A stretch of DNA of 64,000 nucleotides. Origin: a virus (Duplodnaviria > Caudoviricetes). Shown one piece after another: positions 17,491 to 26,168 of this stretch. The stretch's first letter is position 1; every line of letters begins with the position of its first letter. The notes under the pieces are model-generated. The model had not been told where the DNA came from and did not search any database. It worked only from the letters and a program-made list of their open reading frames with translations. The stretch covers positions 5,668 to 69,667 of the IMG/VR virus record IMGVR_UViG_3300046003_005733. One strand, written 5' to 3'. The position numbers were made by a program, and so were the translations under genes.

Positions 17491-19347
17491 ATGGACAAAA
17501 GTGTTAAGATTATGTCAGATATTACAGTATTTTCTAAGTATGCTAAATTTGATAAAAGCAAAAACAGAAGAGAGACTTGGGAAGAAATTTGTCTAAGAAA
17601 TAGAGACATGCATTTAAAAAAATATCCTCAACTAGATTCTGAAATTATTAATTTATATAATGACTTTGTAATTCCTAAAAAGATCCTACCATCTATGCGC
17701 TCTATGCAGTTTGCAGGAAAGCCTATTGAAGTTAGTCCTAATAGAATATTTAACTGTGCTTATGCCCCTGCAGATAACTATAAGATCTTTTCTGAAGCCA
17801 TGTTTCTTTTACTAGGAGGTACTGGCTTAGGTTATTCTGTTCAAAAGCATCATGTAGATCATATAGGTGAAGTATTAAAGCCGGGAAGAGCAAGAAGATT
17901 TTTAATTGAAGATTCCATTCAAGGATGGGCTAATGCAATTAAAAAACTCATGGAAGCTTATTTTCATGGGAAATCATTTCCTTTATTTGATTTTTCTGAT
18001 ATTCGTGCAAAAGGAGAGGAACTCGTAACTAGTGGAGGCAAAGCCCCCGGAGCTGAACCATTAAAGACTTGCCTATTTAATCTGCAAAGAATATTGGATA
18101 GAAAAAGTATTGGGGATAAGCTATCTACATTAGAAGTACATGACATGCTATGCTTCATTGCAGATGCAGTACTTTCTGGTGGAATTAGACGAGCCGCTTT
18201 GATATGCCTATTTGATATTGATGACAATGAAATGCTAACATGTAAATTTGGTAACTGGTGGGAATTAAATCCTCAGAGAGGACGAGCAAATAACTCGGCT
18301 GTAGTAATTAGACATAAGGTTACTAAAGATAAATTTATGGAATTATGGTCTAAAATTAAAGCCTCTGGATCTGGTGAGCCGGGATTATACTTTAGCAATA
18401 ATGCAGATTGGGGAACTAATCCATGCTGTGAAATTGCATTAAGACCATTCCAATTTTGTAACTTGACGGAAATTAATGGAAGTGATATAGTGAGTCAAGG
18501 GGATTTAGAAGATAGATCTAGAGCCGCAGCATTTCTCGGCACTCTCCAAGCGGGATATACAGATTTTCACTATCTTAGAGATATTTGGAAAAAGACAACA
18601 GAAAAAGACTCGCTAATAGGAGTTGGAATTACAGGAATTGCTTCAGGTAATATCCTAAATCTTAATTTAGAATCTGCTTCTAATATTGTAAAACAGGAGA
18701 ATGAACGTGTTGCTACCATTATTGGGATTAACGTGGCTGCTAGGACAACTTGTATTAAACCATCAGGGACCACTTCCTTGGTTGTTGGGTCTAGTTCTGG
18801 TATTCATGCTTGGCATAGTGAGTATTATATTCGTAATATACGATTTGGTAAAAACGAAACAATCTACAAATTCCTAGCTAAAAATCATCCTGAGATTGTT
18901 CAAGATGAATTCTTTAAACCTATGGAGCAAGCTGTTATAGGGATTCCTGTTAAAGCTCCTCAAACTGCTATTTTTAGAACTGAGAGTGCAATTCAGCTAT
19001 TGGAGAGAATTAAAAAGTTCTCGTCAGAGTGGGTTAAAGTTGGGCATAGAAAAGGTGATAATACTCACAATGTTTCGGCTACTATATCTGTAGGTGATAC
19101 TGAATGGGATAATGTGGCAGAATGGATGTGGGACAATAGGGATTGTTATAATGGACTTTCTGTGCTTCCTAGAAATGATCATTCGTATCAGCAACCACCG
19201 TTTGAGGAGTGTTCAAAGGAAAGATTTGATAGTTTATACGCTACATTAAAAAATATTGATTTGACAAAAGTAATTGAACAAGAAGATAATACAGATCTAA
19301 GTGCTGAAGCTGCTTGTGCAGGCGGGGCTTGTGAAGTAAATTTTTAA
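17491..19347 (+). CDS. nrdJ: Class II (B12-dependent) ribonucleotide reductase
   Basis: FNC, GTNPCCEI, FCNLTE, TTCIKPSGT, C-terminal ACAGGACEV; no beta-subunit gene nearby. Confidence 0.85.
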   Translation: MDKSVKIMSDITVFSKYAKFDKSKNRRETWEEICLRNRDMHLKKYPQLDSEIINLYNDFVIPKKILPSMRSMQFAGKPIEVSPNRIFNCAYAPADNYKIFSEAMFLLLGGTGLGYSVQKHHVDHIGEVLKPGRARRFLIEDSIQGWANAIKKLMEAYFHGKSFPLFDFSDIRAKGEELVTSGGKAPGAEPLKTCLFNLQRILDRKSIGDKLSTLEVHDMLCFIADAVLSGGIRRAALICLFDIDDNEMLTCKFGNWWELNPQRGRANNSAVVIRHKVTKDKFMELWSKIKASGSGEPGLYFSNNADWGTNPCCEIALRPFQFCNLTEINGSDIVSQGDLEDRSRAAAFLGTLQAGYTDFHYLRDIWKKTTEKDSLIGVGITGIASGNILNLNLESASNIVKQENERVATIIGINVAARTTCIKPSGTTSLVVGSSSGIHAWHSEYYIRNIRFGKNETIYKFLAKNHPEIVQDEFFKPMEQAVIGIPVKAPQTAIFRTESAIQLLERIKKFSSEWVKVGHRKGDNTHNVSATISVGDTEWDNVAEWMWDNRDCYNGLSVLPRNDHSYQQPPFEECSKERFDSLYATLKNIDLTKVIEQEDNTDLSAEAACAGGACEVNF

Positions 19348-19361
19348 TCAGTAGAGGATAA

Positions 19362-19484
19362 ATGAAAACTTTTATATTATTATTTTTGCTTGGATTTTTT
19401 ATTTCTTGTGCTTCTAACCAAAGTGGGGTATTAGATCCTAAAGAATCCGTAGTTAATCCAGATCAGTCTGGTAGACTTAGATGA
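19362..19484 (+). CDS. 40-aa putative lipoprotein
   Basis: Not in track; GAGG RBS; MKTFILLFLLGFFIS-CASNQ lipobox-like signal. Confidence 0.6.
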   Translation: MKTFILLFLLGFFISCASNQSGVLDPKESVVNPDQSGRLR

Positions 19485-19654
19485 AGCTAATTTCAATGTT
19501 CCTCATAGATCCATACTTAGAGAGATGTCCAGTTGGCATGTATCAAGTAATCGCTGATGAACATGGCTTTACTATTTACATAGATGGTAGATTCTTCCAT
19601 CATCAAGCTAGTAGATTTGTAAGACCCTCTAGCCTACTATTGGAGTTATTTTGA
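19481..19654 (+). CDS. 57-aa protein with C-terminal tag (RPSSLLLELF*)
   Basis: Not in track; MKLISMFLIDPYLERCPVG...VRPSSLLLELF*; 4-nt overlaps on both sides. Confidence 0.7.
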   Translation: MKLISMFLIDPYLERCPVGMYQVIADEHGFTIYIDGRFFHHQASRFVRPSSLLLELF

Positions 19655-20643
19655 GTATTAATGTTTCATTTTCTGCTTTAGACTGTTTTGAGCAATGCTC
19701 TGAGAAGTATAGACTTAGGTATAGAGAAAAGTTAGCCTCTGAAAAAATACCCAGCTCTCTATTTTTTGGTTCAGCTATTGATGCTGCTATGGAACTGCTT
19801 CTTTTAAAGAAAAAGCAATATTTAACTGATGTAGAATTAGATTTACTTTTAAATGAAGATGCTTACTCTGTATTCGACAAGTGGATGATAGAGCAAAATG
19901 GTCAATTATTGGAAAGGAATCCTTTGTGTGAGTATTTTTTTTCTGATTGTGATTTGAATATACTGCAAGCTCAAGATATTGTCATGCTTAATACTAGGTA
20001 TCCGTCTATAGTAGATTTTGAAGAGTTTATAGTCTATTGCAAGAAAAAAATAAAATCCGATGGAGAACTATCAAAGGGATCTAAGATAGCATTAAATAAT
20101 CTTTGTTGGATTAGTTTATATCGTAAAGGTAGACTATTAATAGAAGCATATGAGAAAGATGTATTGCCTCATATAGAAGAAGTATTTGAAATTCAAAAGG
20201 AAATATCCCTTGAAAATGAATCCGGAGATAAGCTTAGAGGCAAGATTGACTTTATTGCAAGTTTTAAAGATGATCCTACTGTAAGACATATCTGTGATAA
20301 TAAAACATCCTCAGAGCCTTATAAAGAGGATTCTGTAGCAAATAGTGTACAACTTGCTATTTACTGTGAGGCTGAAAATTGTGCCGAAGCTTCTTACGTT
20401 GTATTACAAAAAAAGATTAGGGTCAAAGATCCAAAGGTAAGAACTCAAATAATAAGGGATACAATTTCTGATGAGCATAAGCAAAAAACATTTGACATTG
20501 TAGAGCAGAAACTTAATAATATAGCTTGTGCTAGTTTTTCAAAAAAGAATTCACCTAAAGAGTGTCATTTTTATGGAAAGCCTTGCGAGTTCTTTAACTT
20601 ATGTTGGCATGGGAGGATGGATGGACTCAAAAAACGAAGTTAG
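19651..20643 (+). CDS. PD-(D/E)XK Cas4/RecB-like exonuclease
   Basis: SFSALDCFEQC, LRGKIDF, DNKT, QLAIY, C-terminal Cys cluster. Confidence 0.85.
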   Translation: MSINVSFSALDCFEQCSEKYRLRYREKLASEKIPSSLFFGSAIDAAMELLLLKKKQYLTDVELDLLLNEDAYSVFDKWMIEQNGQLLERNPLCEYFFSDCDLNILQAQDIVMLNTRYPSIVDFEEFIVYCKKKIKSDGELSKGSKIALNNLCWISLYRKGRLLIEAYEKDVLPHIEEVFEIQKEISLENESGDKLRGKIDFIASFKDDPTVRHICDNKTSSEPYKEDSVANSVQLAIYCEAENCAEASYVVLQKKIRVKDPKVRTQIIRDTISDEHKQKTFDIVEQKLNNIACASFSKKNSPKECHFYGKPCEFFNLCWHGRMDGLKKRS

Positions 20644-20827
20644 GGTTGGAGATTACGTAATGTATAGGGGAGAGGGGTCTATTGTAACTGGACAAAATGG
20701 AAATCCATTAAGAGTAGCTACAATTAATTTAACTGCACATATTCCGGCTGTAACATATGATAATGGGGAGTTTGATTGGCTAGAAACCATAGAGAGAGCA
20801 CCTGCATTATTGTTGGAGCTAATATGA
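20621..20827 (+). CDS. Small protein with C-terminal tag (APALLLELI*)
   Basis: GGAGG RBS; VRVGDYVMY body; tag. Confidence 0.7.
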   Translation: MDSKNEVRVGDYVMYRGEGSIVTGQNGNPLRVATINLTAHIPAVTYDNGEFDWLETIERAPALLLELI

Positions 20828-21063
20828 ACTATAAAGTTGGTGATAGAGTTCTCTGTATAAAAGAAAGTGATGTTCCTGCTTTTATAGGTAAAATATATGT
20901 AGTAGCAGAAATTGTATACGGTTATAACAATAATGTTAGATTAATTAATGTATTTGTTAATCAGGATGATAGGTACGGGGATAAGTATAATGCATTAAAT
21001 ATATTCCCATTTTTTTTAGATGAGATTGTCCCAGAATCTTCTCTTATAAAGGAGTTAATGTGA
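20824..21063 (+). CDS. Small protein with C-terminal tag (ESSLIKELM*)
   Basis: YKVGDRVLC...IGKIYVV KOW/SH3-like; tag. Confidence 0.8.
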   Translation: MNYKVGDRVLCIKESDVPAFIGKIYVVAEIVYGYNNNVRLINVFVNQDDRYGDKYNALNIFPFFLDEIVPESSLIKELM

Positions 21064-21227
21064 GATATAGTAAAGGTGATCTAATTATTGACAAATATAC
21101 TAGTAAGGTTTATACTGTAAAATATATGTTGGGATTTTGTGTAGTTGTAAACTCAGGTACATTTGATTTTCCCATAGATTGTGCAGCAGTGATGTTATAC
21201 TCATCTCTTATAAAGGAATTAACGTGA
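21060..21227 (+). CDS. 55-aa protein with C-terminal tag (YSSLIKELT*)
   Basis: Not in track; GTG 21060, MRYSKGDLIIDKYTSKVYTV...YSSLIKELT*; GTGA overlaps on both sides. Confidence 0.75.
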   Translation: MRYSKGDLIIDKYTSKVYTVKYMLGFCVVVNSGTFDFPIDCAAVMLYSSLIKELT

Positions 21228-21562
21228 CAGATTTAGAAAAAAAATCTAAAAAAGAACTTTTAGATATCATTGATCAGTTAAGGTCAAAACTTTCAGAAAT
21301 GCAAGGAGTTGAAGCAAAGCATGAAGCTTTGGAAACTAGTTTGGATGGTAAAGGATTCTCTATTATCCAAGACGAGAATGATAAGTTTCAACTAGTACAT
21401 TTATCATTTGACACGACTACAAAAGCTGGTAGAATAGAGAAGCTTGAGGAGATTCATCCAAGTAATTATGAATTTGCTATGTTTCAAGCTAAAAAATATC
21501 TTATAGACGCTGTAATGACAAAAGAGAACTTAAACCATTTAAAGGAGAAAAAAAATGGATAA
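21224..21562 (+). CDS. Hypothetical coiled-coil protein
   Basis: GTG start overlapping previous stop, AAGGA RBS. Confidence 0.7.
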   Translation: MTDLEKKSKKELLDIIDQLRSKLSEMQGVEAKHEALETSLDGKGFSIIQDENDKFQLVHLSFDTTTKAGRIEKLEEIHPSNYEFAMFQAKKYLIDAVMTKENLNHLKEKKNG

Positions 21563-21809
21563 AGAATTTTCAAAACGATTAAAAAAGTTAGTTCCAGAAG
21601 ATGGAGGATTTGATTTGAGTTTTAATCTATCTAATTCTGGTCAAGCCGGAAAGGTAGCTTCGACTCTAAATTTAACCATTTACGCTGCTGGAAAAGAAGG
21701 TAAGAATCCAATTATTACTAAGAAGGTATCCATCCCTGCGATTGAAGCAACTGTTGAAGAAGCTAACCGTTCAGCACTAGAAAGTACTCTTACACTTTTG
21801 GGGGTGTAG
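21555..21809 (+). CDS. Hypothetical protein
   Basis: AGGAG RBS. Confidence 0.7.
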   Translation: MDKEFSKRLKKLVPEDGGFDLSFNLSNSGQAGKVASTLNLTIYAAGKEGKNPIITKKVSIPAIEATVEEANRSALESTLTLLGV

Positions 21810-21962
21810 TTTGAAAACGTACAGTAGTTTTACAATTCAGAAAGCTGAAAATGGATTTATTGTGTCAGCATTTTCTCCAATTTTAAGACAAGATAGTAAT
21901 AGTTTTATTTTTAACACTTTAGACGAGGCTTTGTTTAAAATTAAAGAACTGGAAGGTGTATA

Positions 21963-22514
21963 ATGAATAAGTCAGAGTCAATCGTTAAAATTGCACCTGC
22001 TCTAGTTAAAGCTCAATCTGCTATGGGAAATGCTATTAAAGATGCTAAAAATCCATTCTTTAAAAGTCGCTATGCAGATCTTAATGCGGTACGTGAAGCA
22101 GTGCTACCTGTTATGAATGCCAATGGTATCTCTGTTCTACAGCCAACTGTTCATATTGATGGAAAGTCGTTTGTAGAAACTATTCTTCTGCATGAATCTG
22201 GTGAGTTTATTTCAAGTCTCACAGAGATTATTGTAAATAAATTGAATGATGCCCAACAACAAGGATCGGGAATTTCCTATGCTCGTCGTTATGGCTTACA
22301 GTCTCTAGCTAATATTGGTGCCGATGATGACGATGGAGAACAAGCCGTTGGTCGTGGAAATTCCAAAACACAAGTAGTAGCAACTTTACAAACTACAAAT
22401 TTTGACAAATTAGAGGAAGTAGTAGTAGACTCTACTCCTGCTGCTAGTCGTGGTTCTTTTAGAAAGAATGCTACTAAAGCAACTACTTCATCAATTCCAT
22501 CAGGAGATCTATAG
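21963..22514 (+). CDS. erf: ERF family ssDNA-annealing recombinase
   Basis: KDAKNPFFKSRYADL, LLHESGE, QQQGSGISYARRYGL, DDDG. Confidence 0.92.
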   Translation: MNKSESIVKIAPALVKAQSAMGNAIKDAKNPFFKSRYADLNAVREAVLPVMNANGISVLQPTVHIDGKSFVETILLHESGEFISSLTEIIVNKLNDAQQQGSGISYARRYGLQSLANIGADDDDGEQAVGRGNSKTQVVATLQTTNFDKLEEVVVDSTPAASRGSFRKNATKATTSSIPSGDL

Positions 22515-22876
22515 TGGAAAATTTACCGAACACGCCAAGAGTTATTTCTAAAACAGAAGTAACTGAAACTTTAGTTAGAGGTCTTCTTGGAGATCAAGAA
22601 GAATTTAAAAATGCTAGATCAATTCTAAAACATGGTCAAAAAGATAGGCTTATGGAAGCTATGGCTACCTACCCTCTAATTGATTCTCAATTTGAGGAGT
22701 CAGAACCTGAACTTAGAATTGCTCTATCGACTTGGAAGAGAATTTGTGATAGCTTAGTAGCGTTGGGAACGGAAGCAGCTATCGAAGGTATTTTAAATGG
22801 ATTTGTCCAAAATCAACAGACTAATGAAGCCGAAGGCTTAACACAAGGAGCACAAAATGTCGAAACAGAAGGGTAA
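22514..22876 (+). CDS. Hypothetical protein
   Basis: AGGAG RBS; ORF track. Confidence 0.7.
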   Translation: MENLPNTPRVISKTEVTETLVRGLLGDQEEFKNARSILKHGQKDRLMEAMATYPLIDSQFEESEPELRIALSTWKRICDSLVALGTEAAIEGILNGFVQNQQTNEAEGLTQGAQNVETEG

Positions 22877-23195
22877 GTATGCTACAGTTGGAAGTTTGAT
22901 CTTTCAATCTCAGTTTGATGATGAAGGCAATCGACTAGAAGGCGAATATAAGACTGATGATAAGGGTCGTAAACTATACGCTCTTAAGCTAGATAAGAAT
23001 ACAGAAGTTGTTATCAATGGGGTTAATATGAGTGGTAAAACACTATACGTATCTCGTCCTGATACTAAATTTGCAAGACTTCTCGATAAAGGTGTTATTG
23101 ATAAAAAAGAATTTGAAAAAAAAGTAGCAGATTATGGATCAGGTGGTAGGTTGGAATTTGTGCAAATGGAAATTGTAGCTGATTTAGAGAAATAA
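22857..23195 (+). CDS. Hypothetical protein (position suggests ssDNA-binding role)
   Basis: AAGGAG RBS, between ERF and helicase, followed by terminator; function inferred only. Confidence 0.6.
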   Translation: MSKQKGKYATVGSLIFQSQFDDEGNRLEGEYKTDDKGRKLYALKLDKNTEVVINGVNMSGKTLYVSRPDTKFARLLDKGVIDKKEFEKKVADYGSGGRLEFVQMEIVADLEK

Positions 23196-23196
23196 C

Positions 23197-23222
23197 AAAG
23201 GAGCCGAAAGGCTCCTTTTTTT
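23197..23222 (+). terminator. Intrinsic terminator
   Basis: AAAGGAGCC-GAAA-GGCTCCTTTTTTT. Confidence 0.9.
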
Positions 23223-23230
23223 AGGAATAA

Positions 23231-23455
23231 ATGATATTTAAAATTGGTGAATTTAGAAACGCACATGAAAAACTAGTACATGATACGTATGAAGAGAAAG
23301 GTATTGATTCTATATCTTTATATTGTGCATGTAACTTATGCCCTGTTGTAGCTGCTTATTGGTTTTGTAGAGAGAAAGATCCTTCTAATACGGAATTGAC
23401 AAGGAGAATTGAGAGTGTTAAGGTATTTTATGGAATAGTTGATATTATAGAGTAG
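23231..23455 (+). CDS. Hypothetical protein
   Basis: AGGA RBS; ORF track. Confidence 0.6.
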   Translation: MIFKIGEFRNAHEKLVHDTYEEKGIDSISLYCACNLCPVVAAYWFCREKDPSNTELTRRIESVKVFYGIVDIIE

Positions 23456-23474
23456 TGAAAAATAAGGAGATTAC

Positions 23475-24482
23475 ATGATGACTAGTTTTAATGATAAAAG
23501 AAAGCAGCAAATGGGAGTAAGGAGCTTAGCAGATCTAAAAAGATCCGGTAAGGTTTCTGGTGGATTAAATACAAAGCTTTTTATTAATGGACCTAAAGAA
23601 TTTGATTGCTTAATAAATCAATGGAGTAGACAAGAGTTACTTGGAGTAATTGGAGATTCTGGCGTAGGAAAGTCTGAGGTAGTATTATATTTTTTTAAAG
23701 AGATTCTGAAGAACAATCCAAATTCTTGTGCCGTATACGTTTCACTTGAAATGACCGACGAAAAGATCTCTCAACGATGGTTTAAGCTTACTGAGGATTG
23801 TCCAGAGGTATCTGAAAGATTATACGTAATCTCCAGATATGATGAGACTGGAAAATCTCGTGAGGTTAGCATGGGATGGATTAAGAAAGAACTTGTTAAG
23901 TATCGTGAAGTCATTGGAGATGTTGCAGCTTTTGCAATTGACCATATTCATTGTCTAGGCGAGAACGATCCGTCTACTCTTAATTCTATTATGATTACAT
24001 TAAAAGAAATGGCTGTAGAATTAAATGCTTTTGGAGTCCCTATGGCTCAAGTAAATAAAGGTGCTGGTCAGAAGGGAGAGGTTCCTCTTGATGCAGATGC
24101 AGTATTGGGCTGTAGTCAGTTTAAGTACATTTGCTCTGATATTATGCAGATTCATCGCCCAGTTTTAAGACTTGAAGAAGAGGCTAAGATAAGCGTAATG
24201 GGATGGGGGTATTGCAAGATTAGAGAAGCTCACAAAGAGGATAAGATTAAGCGTGGTCAAAATAAGCTACTGGCTTATGATGTGGAGACTAGAGGGTTTA
24301 AGAAAATGTCTATTAATGAGTACTCTACCTTTAAGTTATACTATAATGAACTTCTAGCAATGAAGTCTGCAGAAGAGAAGCATAAGAGTTTTACTTATGA
24401 TTTAATTAAAGAAGTAGTGAGTCCTAGTGGTAAAGTAGTTACTATCGTAGAGAAGTTTAGCGGAGATAGCGGAGATCTGTGA
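23475..24482 (+). CDS. DnaB-like SF4 replicative helicase
   Basis: GDSGVGKS, YVSLEM, AIDHIH, LKEMAVEL...AQVN. Confidence 0.9.
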   Translation: MMTSFNDKRKQQMGVRSLADLKRSGKVSGGLNTKLFINGPKEFDCLINQWSRQELLGVIGDSGVGKSEVVLYFFKEILKNNPNSCAVYVSLEMTDEKISQRWFKLTEDCPEVSERLYVISRYDETGKSREVSMGWIKKELVKYREVIGDVAAFAIDHIHCLGENDPSTLNSIMITLKEMAVELNAFGVPMAQVNKGAGQKGEVPLDADAVLGCSQFKYICSDIMQIHRPVLRLEEEAKISVMGWGYCKIREAHKEDKIKRGQNKLLAYDVETRGFKKMSINEYSTFKLYYNELLAMKSAEEKHKSFTYDLIKEVVSPSGKVVTIVEKFSGDSGDL

Positions 24483-24667
24483 AAAAAGGGGATATATACA
24501 GAAATGATTATTGGGCTATATTTGAAATAACTGAAGTTACTGATCAATTAGTTTTTGTTGTAATAAAATATAATTCATCTATCTTTAGAGAAACTTCGTG
24601 GTATTATAAGTCTAATTTTGAAATGGGATTAGTAAAACTATCATCATTGGAAATACAATTATTATGA
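24479..24667 (+). CDS. Small protein with C-terminal tag (KLSSLEIQLL*)
   Basis: KKGDIY body; between helicase and primase with 4-nt overlaps. Confidence 0.8.
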   Translation: MKKGDIYRNDYWAIFEITEVTDQLVFVVIKYNSSIFRETSWYYKSNFEMGLVKLSSLEIQLL

Positions 24668-25518
24668 GACTATCAATATATCCCTTAGCTAATTTCTTAC
24701 CTAAGAATAAACAAGATAAAATACAGCAAGCATTCCTTGCCTCTACTCCTAATTTGCCTAAAGTAGTTGATATTATAAATGAAGAAGATCTAATATCTTA
24801 TATATCATCTTATGCTTGGAGTCCCAGTATTTTTTCTGGAACTAGGCTTGATGAGCATTTTATATCTACCGATTTTATGACTTTAGATGTAGACAGTGGT
24901 TTAACTATTCCACAAGCTGAGCATAGAATACAGCAAATTGGATTATCCTGCCTATGTCTGCCAAGTCCTAGTCATACTAATGAGTTACATAAGTTCAGGC
25001 TAGTATTTCCATTAGCTAAGACTATTTTAAATTCAAAGGATTTTGATGAGACTTGGAACTGGCTATCTGAAAAATTCCCAGAACTTGATAGGCAATGTTC
25101 CGATACTGCTAGGTATTACTGCCCTTCTAAGATAGATGATGGATTTTGGCAGGATGGTGAGTTTCTAATTCCTAAAAAAGCTAAAGATTTTATAGAAGCT
25201 AAGTACAATTTAAATGAAGCACAAGTCATTGTACCCGAGGAGCTTTCCGAAATAGTTAAATTATTATATGGCAAGGAAAGGGATACTATACCTGAAGCGG
25301 TTGAATTCTTCTTGACCAATGCGCATACTGGATTATCGGGATTATGGATTAATTCATTAAATGCGTGTGTCTTTTCACTTGCCCTTTCTGGTGTTGATGC
25401 TACAATAATAGAGGAGGTTATGTCTAAAATTTCTCCTCAAGATTTAGATAAAAAAGATATGTATCAAATTAAAAGATCTATAAAAGATGGTACTATTGCA
25501 AAAGACAAAAACAAATAA
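24664..25518 (+). CDS. Primase (AEP/PrimPol-like)
   Basis: TLDVD, SPSH...KFRLVFPL, D.QC.D.ARYY; located between helicase and PolA. Confidence 0.75.
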   Translation: MRLSIYPLANFLPKNKQDKIQQAFLASTPNLPKVVDIINEEDLISYISSYAWSPSIFSGTRLDEHFISTDFMTLDVDSGLTIPQAEHRIQQIGLSCLCLPSPSHTNELHKFRLVFPLAKTILNSKDFDETWNWLSEKFPELDRQCSDTARYYCPSKIDDGFWQDGEFLIPKKAKDFIEAKYNLNEAQVIVPEELSEIVKLLYGKERDTIPEAVEFFLTNAHTGLSGLWINSLNACVFSLALSGVDATIIEEVMSKISPQDLDKKDMYQIKRSIKDGTIAKDKNK

Positions 25519-25714
25519 TTTGATAATTAATGAGAGGTATTCTTTAAATGAAGATGCCGGTGATAGTACATTTTGGTTTATTGTATTAGAAGAAGTAGAT
25601 GACTTTAAAGTAAGAATACGATACTATGATAACACAATAGGAATTTTATATACGCATTTTACAGACGATGTGTTCATTCTTCCACTTTCATCATTGGAGA
25701 AACAATTATTATGA
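25487..25714 (+). CDS. Small protein with C-terminal tag (PLSSLEKQLL*)
   Basis: ORF track; tag. Confidence 0.75.
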   Translation: MVLLQKTKTNNLIINERYSLNEDAGDSTFWFIVLEEVDDFKVRIRYYDNTIGILYTHFTDDVFILPLSSLEKQLL

Positions 25715-25962
25715 AACAAACTTTAGTAGACTATAATGATATATGTTTTGAGAGTGATACTCTTTATATGGAATTAGATAGCTTAAGTGATGACGCTTTG
25801 CTAGATGAGTGTAATAATATTCTAGCAGGATTTCATAATATGGATGACATAGAGGATATAATAGTTAATTATTTTAAAACTGGTAAAATAAGCAAACTTG
25901 AAAGACTTAAAGCCGAATCCATTTATTTATTAGCTTATGGGGATTTTGGATGGGAAGTATAA
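25711..25962 (+). CDS. Acidic hypothetical protein
   Basis: ATGA overlap. Confidence 0.65.
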   Translation: MKQTLVDYNDICFESDTLYMELDSLSDDALLDECNNILAGFHNMDDIEDIIVNYFKTGKISKLERLKAESIYLLAYGDFGWEV

Positions 25963-26168
25963 AGAATTTAAATATAAATGATATAATAGTAGTTACTAAC
26001 ATACTAACCCTATGCCCAACTAAAGCTGCTAATATAATCGGAACGATTCACCCAATTGAAGCAATAGATCCGTTTGGATTACGTTTTGTATACTTAATAA
26101 ACATAGATGGTATAAAATATTGGGTAGACGGGAAATATCACAGCTCACTAATGATGGAGTTATTATGA
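25950..26168 (+). CDS. Small protein with C-terminal tag (HSSLMMELL*)
   Basis: ORF track; stop overlaps PolA ATG. Confidence 0.75.
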   Translation: MGSIKNLNINDIIVVTNILTLCPTKAANIIGTIHPIEAIDPFGLRFVYLINIDGIKYWVDGKYHSSLMMELL